A stretch of 64,000 nt of DNA, from NCBI GenBank assembly GCA_963811165.1, contig CAWEQH010000004.1, forward strand, positions 64,001 through 128,000, given 5' to 3'. The notes beneath the pieces are model-generated. The model was given only the letters and a program-made list of their open reading frames with translations, had not been told where the DNA came from and did not search any database. A program made the position numbers and the translations under genes. Of this stretch, positions 60,310 through 64,000 are shown piece after piece. The first letter of the stretch is position 1. The number at the start of each line of letters is the position of its first letter. Source of the stretch: an uncultured Nitrospiraceae bacterium (GTDB taxonomy: Bacteria > Nitrospirota > Thermodesulfovibrionia > Thermodesulfovibrionales > UBA6898).

Positions 60310-60870
60310 TCAGTATCTGGGCTCAACAAAGTCTTCCGGCGGACCGGATGGGTCCGGAGGAACATCGGGAGGTGTTTTGCTTAGGTCCGGCGGAGGCGGC
60401 GCGACCCTCCGAACACTCCGAACACGACGGGTCATCCCCGGGACATTGTTTCCTTTGGCATACATACACTGCATATATGCGATATCATACCGGCGCTGGG
60501 CTTGCAATCCATAGACTCGCCCGTTTTCGGCCCCTGCGGACGCACCTATAAGAAGTCCGCTTGCCGCGCCGATGGCTGCGCCGGCGCCCGCACTACCTGA
60601 GACCGACCCTATAGCCGCGCCAAGGCCTGCCCCAACGGCTGTCCCGATGACAGCCCCTTGGGCAGTATTTTGATTGGCTGCCTCTTGAGGGCCTAACCCG
60701 ATCTGCTGTGAGGCCCATTGCCTGCACACGGCGTCTTCGGTCTGGAATTGCTCAAAGGACTTGCCGGGGGGCGGCAACACCATTACGCTGGGGCCTGAGG
60801 GCATCGTTGCGCATCCGCTTATCACAAGAAGCAGCAATAGCGAAAAAATGCTTAGTTTGTTTTTCATCAT
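60310..60870 (-). CDS. Glycine-zipper lipoprotein (YMGG-like)
   Basis: Lipobox ISGC; GTAVGAGLGAAIG; YDIAYMQCMYAKG; Pro-rich tail. Confidence 0.85.
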   Translation of the reverse strand: MMKNKLSIFSLLLLLVISGCATMPSGPSVMVLPPPGKSFEQFQTEDAVCRQWASQQIGLGPQEAANQNTAQGAVIGTAVGAGLGAAIGSVSGSAGAGAAIGAASGLLIGASAGAENGRVYGLQAQRRYDIAYMQCMYAKGNNVPGMTRRVRSVRRVAPPPPDLSKTPPDVPPDPSGPPEDFVEPRY

Positions 60871-60872
60871 GG

Positions 60873-61346
60873 TTACTCCTTGTAGTCCTGCGGGGCCGGA
60901 GGAGGAACGACCTTTAGCCAGCCCGTGGGACATTTTTTTACATAAGGATAGTAATTCTTGGCCGCTGGGCAAAAATACCAGTAGTACTGATCTTCGGCTT
61001 GCTGCCTTTGCTGAGCAGGCTCCTCATATGCCTGGGGCTGCTGCTCCATGACAGGCGGTTCCCCATAATAGTCCGAATAACCATAATAGTTCGGATAATA
61101 TGGATAATACGAATAGTACGGGTAATACGAAGGGCCCCACCACCAGGGATCCCAACCCCAGCCAGGGCCGAACCAGAAGCTTCCCCTAAAACCGTGGCCG
61201 CCGCCATGGCCGCCACCGTGACCGCCATGGCCACCGCCATGGCCACCACCACCGTGGCCGACTGCCAGAACCGGCAATGCACCGCTAAATATCAACGCAA
61301 TGACAATGACAATAACAAGATAAACAGTTTTTTTCATCTCATTCAC
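60873..61346 (-). CDS. Exported Gly/His-, Tyr/Pro-rich protein
   Basis: Signal peptide, GGHG repeats, YYPY repeats, YWYFC...YYPYVKKCPTGW. Confidence 0.8.
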   Translation of the reverse strand: MNEMKKTVYLVIVIVIALIFSGALPVLAVGHGGGGHGGGHGGHGGGHGGGHGFRGSFWFGPGWGWDPWWWGPSYYPYYSYYPYYPNYYGYSDYYGEPPVMEQQPQAYEEPAQQRQQAEDQYYWYFCPAAKNYYPYVKKCPTGWLKVVPPPAPQDYKE

Positions 61347-61439
61347 CCTTTAATTTAGTTTCGCATAAAACCGCCGTTTCCGCAACTTTGCTTCCAACGG
61401 CAGATTCTCCTTAGTTTCCTCCATTTGATATAAAAAAAG

Positions 61440-61457
61440 TGAAGAAACTATGAAGAA
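61440..61457 (-). promoter_or_regulatory. OmpR-type direct-repeat box
   Basis: On the minus strand TTCTTCA-N4-TTCTTCA, same as 14968-14985. Confidence 0.5.
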
Positions 61458-61644
61458 GACCGCATGATTTGCCGCCGCAATCAATCTTGGTGCGGCCCTA
61501 AGCATCCTGTGATTGGATCATCGTCCATCGAAACCTCTCTTTATCCTTAAAAGACGATCTTAGAAGGCATTTGGTTACGGAAGCCGGCCGAAAGCGCTCT
61601 CCACGATGGAAGTGCAGGATAAGGGGATGAGAGAAACTTCTTTT

Positions 61645-62448
61645 TTAACTTATCGTTTCGGCGCTATAGCGCGCGATGAGGCCGGTACGAACCGCATGGC
61701 GGTACACACGGGCAAAGAACCAACAGGCCAAAAGGATATAGAGCAAAGAAAGACACCCGCCCTTGAAAAGGCCGGCTCCCGAAACCGTCCCGCCCGATAT
61801 AATCGTCCGCATTCCTTCAAACACATATGAGGGCGGCAACGCCCGCGACAGATATTGCATCCAAAGCGGTAGTGTCGAAAGGGGGTAAAAGACCCCTACG
61901 AAGGGCGAAATAAGGGCCGGAATAGGCCAGATGAACCACTCCGATGCAGGCCCAAGCCGCAGCACCACTGCACTGGCAAAGATTCCAAGCGCTATGCCGA
62001 ACAGAAACAGAACGACAAGAAACGGAACAAACGCGATGCCGTAACCGGCGAATGACAGGCCAAACAAGGTAGTTGCCAGAACAAGCATCACACTCAGGCC
62101 GATAAGGCTCGTCGCAATGCTCGAAAGCACAAGGCCGCCAATGTACTCCCAGATAGAAAGAGGCGTTGCAAAGATATTGAGGAAGTTGCGGGACCAGACG
62201 TCTTCGAAAAAAGCCGTCGTCACCCCGTGCATAACACGCGTAAAAAAATCCCAGAGTAAAACGGCCCCAAGAAAGATCGAAACGAAATTAAGGCCTGATG
62301 CGGTGACCACATTAAGATACCTGCTGATGAACCCCCATAGCACCATATCGACGGCAACCCATGCAAACATGGGGAATAGGCGCGAGAAACTCCCGCGTAT
62401 GAGATAGAAATGGCGGAGCACGATGGCAAAGACACGATTGAAACGCAC
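61645..62448 (-). CDS. ABC-2 type permease
   Basis: Six TM segments; GVFYPLSTLPLW...P.SYVFEGMR. Confidence 0.9.
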   Translation of the reverse strand: MRFNRVFAIVLRHFYLIRGSFSRLFPMFAWVAVDMVLWGFISRYLNVVTASGLNFVSIFLGAVLLWDFFTRVMHGVTTAFFEDVWSRNFLNIFATPLSIWEYIGGLVLSSIATSLIGLSVMLVLATTLFGLSFAGYGIAFVPFLVVLFLFGIALGIFASAVVLRLGPASEWFIWPIPALISPFVGVFYPLSTLPLWMQYLSRALPPSYVFEGMRTIISGGTVSGAGLFKGGCLSLLYILLACWFFARVYRHAVRTGLIARYSAETIS

Positions 62449-62452
62449 GTTC

Positions 62453-63193
62453 TCAGCCCTCCCGGAGGCCTTCGCGCGCCACGCTTATGAAAAGCTCTTC
62501 GAGCGATTCTTTTCCGTGTTCACCCGGCAAGGTCTTCGGATCCCCTTGAAGCAAAATCCTTCCCTGGGAAAGGAAGAGCACGCGATCGCAGACGTCCTCA
62601 ACCTCGTACATATTGTGCGAAGTCCAGAGCACACCGCCCAATCCCCCGGCGGCGAATTCGCGGATTGTTGCCCTGACGTCTTTTGCCGTCGCAGGGTCCA
62701 GGGATGCGGTCGGCTCGTCAAGGAGGAGGAGGCGCGGATCATTGAGCAGCGCCTTGGCTAGTCCCGCGCGGGTCTGCTCTCCCGAGGAAAGTACCCCGCA
62801 TTTTACGTCCCGGAACTTCCGGATATCGAACTGTCCAAGCAGTGCCTCGATCCGGTCGGAGAGGTCCTTTACTCCGTAAAGGAGACCGAAGATGCGAAGG
62901 TTTTGATAGACGGTAAGGTTTCCGGGCATAGGGGCATACACGGCAGCGAAGTTCGTGCAATCGAGCGCTTGAGACCGGCGTTTCGAAATATCGATCCCTT
63001 CGATGATTATGGTCCCTCTGCTTGGCTCAAGAACGCCCAAGATCATGTTAATCGTCGTGGTCTTTCCCGCGCCGTTTGGCCCCACGAGCCCGACGATCTC
63101 GTTTCGGTCCACCTCAAACGAAATCCCGTCGACGGCAATGAGGTCGCCATAGGCCTTGTGCAGGCCCGTTACTGAAAGCACTTTCCCCGGCAT
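62453..63193 (-). CDS. ABC transporter ATP-binding protein
   Basis: GPNGAGKTT, LSSGE, LLLDEPT, TSH. Confidence 0.93.
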   Translation of the reverse strand: MPGKVLSVTGLHKAYGDLIAVDGISFEVDRNEIVGLVGPNGAGKTTTINMILGVLEPSRGTIIIEGIDISKRRSQALDCTNFAAVYAPMPGNLTVYQNLRIFGLLYGVKDLSDRIEALLGQFDIRKFRDVKCGVLSSGEQTRAGLAKALLNDPRLLLLDEPTASLDPATAKDVRATIREFAAGGLGGVLWTSHNMYEVEDVCDRVLFLSQGRILLQGDPKTLPGEHGKESLEELFISVAREGLREG

Positions 63194-63246
63194 GACTGTC
63201 CTTGTCCTGCTTACAGTCTATCAGCTTTTGATCGATACCTTAAGAA

Positions 63247-63274
63247 TTGACATCCAATCCTCATTTGATATCCT
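63247..63274 (+). promoter_or_regulatory. Putative sigma70 promoter
   Basis: TTGACA, 16 bp, TATCCT with TG extension. Confidence 0.45.
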
Positions 63275-63308
63275 GTGAGTAGAACCTGGACGAAGGGAAG
63301 TGGAGGAG

Positions 63309-63806
63309 ATGAAACATCTGAAGACAGCATTATTGCTTATGACGGTTCCGGCCTTTGCCGGTCTTATGGTCTCTCTGTCTTTTGCGGGCGGCATCGGGGG
63401 TGGTCGGACCGGTTCAAAGGCATTTGGCGCACACGGGGAAAATTTTTGCAGCACCTGTCATCACGATGAAAAAGGATTGGAAAATGCCGGGCGGGAAAGC
63501 GAAAGGGGCGGTCCGACCATCAGCTTTACTTCCACGGGGTGGGATCCGACAAAGTCGTTTTATCAGGTCGCCGGCACCGCTACTTTCAGCGGCGGCGGGA
63601 TAGATGCCGTGGAGTACTTTGTTGACGACGGCGATACCCCCGGGACCGGCGTGCCGATTACCGGAGGTTCCGGTTTGAGCCCGATGACGTTTACGTTTTC
63701 CGTTCGGGAGAATGCACTGAAATCAGGAGATAACACTATCTGCGTCCACGCGTTAAGCTCAACGTCTGTATGGGGCTCGCCGACATGTTTCACAGCTACG
63801 AAGTAA
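63309..63806 (+). CDS. Exported protein with one CxxCH heme-binding motif and a beta-rich domain
   Basis: SD ggagg; signal peptide; CSTCHH; VEYFVD, NTICVHA. Confidence 0.7.
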   Translation: MKHLKTALLLMTVPAFAGLMVSLSFAGGIGGGRTGSKAFGAHGENFCSTCHHDEKGLENAGRESERGGPTISFTSTGWDPTKSFYQVAGTATFSGGGIDAVEYFVDDGDTPGTGVPITGGSGLSPMTFTFSVRENALKSGDNTICVHALSSTSVWGSPTCFTATK

Positions 63807-64000
63807 ATTGGAAAAGAAAGTAAGCGTTACGCCCGTAGAACGTCTTGTCGTCACACGCAGGGAAATTACAAACCCTTGAATTTGTGGGCGTCCCTTTATT
63901 GATATATCTGGATAGCCGGGATACGCATCGTGATCCTTGCTTGTCCTTAAGACTTTTTTAACATCCAGCGGTCGGGTATAATAAAGGGCCTGTGATGAAG

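Noticed and set aside
61080..61260. Short tandem repeats (ccgccatgg, ataatag)
   Set aside because: They encode the GGHG and YYPY low-complexity tracts of the 60873..61346 protein

Overview
Bacterial chromosomal window. Gene style suggests a Nitrospirota- or deltaproteobacteria-like anaerobe (inference only). From left to right it contains: peptidoglycan-recycling genes (DUF1460 amidase-like, ampG); a PAS histidine kinase and sigma54 activator followed by a palindromic enhancer-like array and three tiny Cys-rich or unknown genes; a decayed ~3.3-kb element integrated at tRNA-Pro(UGG); an OmpR/BaeS-like system with a Spy/CpxP-like gene; a complete dcw cluster (mraZ to ftsZ) with an extra D,D-carboxypeptidase; a probable selenocysteine-containing ArsM-like methyltransferase; assorted redox genes; and a ~46-57 kb defence/mobile hotspot. 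That hotspot holds a RAYT transposase, MazG and toxin-antitoxin debris, a NERD nuclease, and a type I R-M locus carrying an embedded HEPN-motif gene and a four-helix-bundle gene. Intergenic regions contain several copies of a ~200-nt structured repeat with compensatory base changes, a second hairpin family, GTAG-type REPs (some translated in frame inside hsdR) and 7-bp periodic repeats inside dcw genes. At least nine single-base frameshifts, including in essential mraY and murG, look like long-read indel errors. All family assignments are by motif recognition, without database searches.
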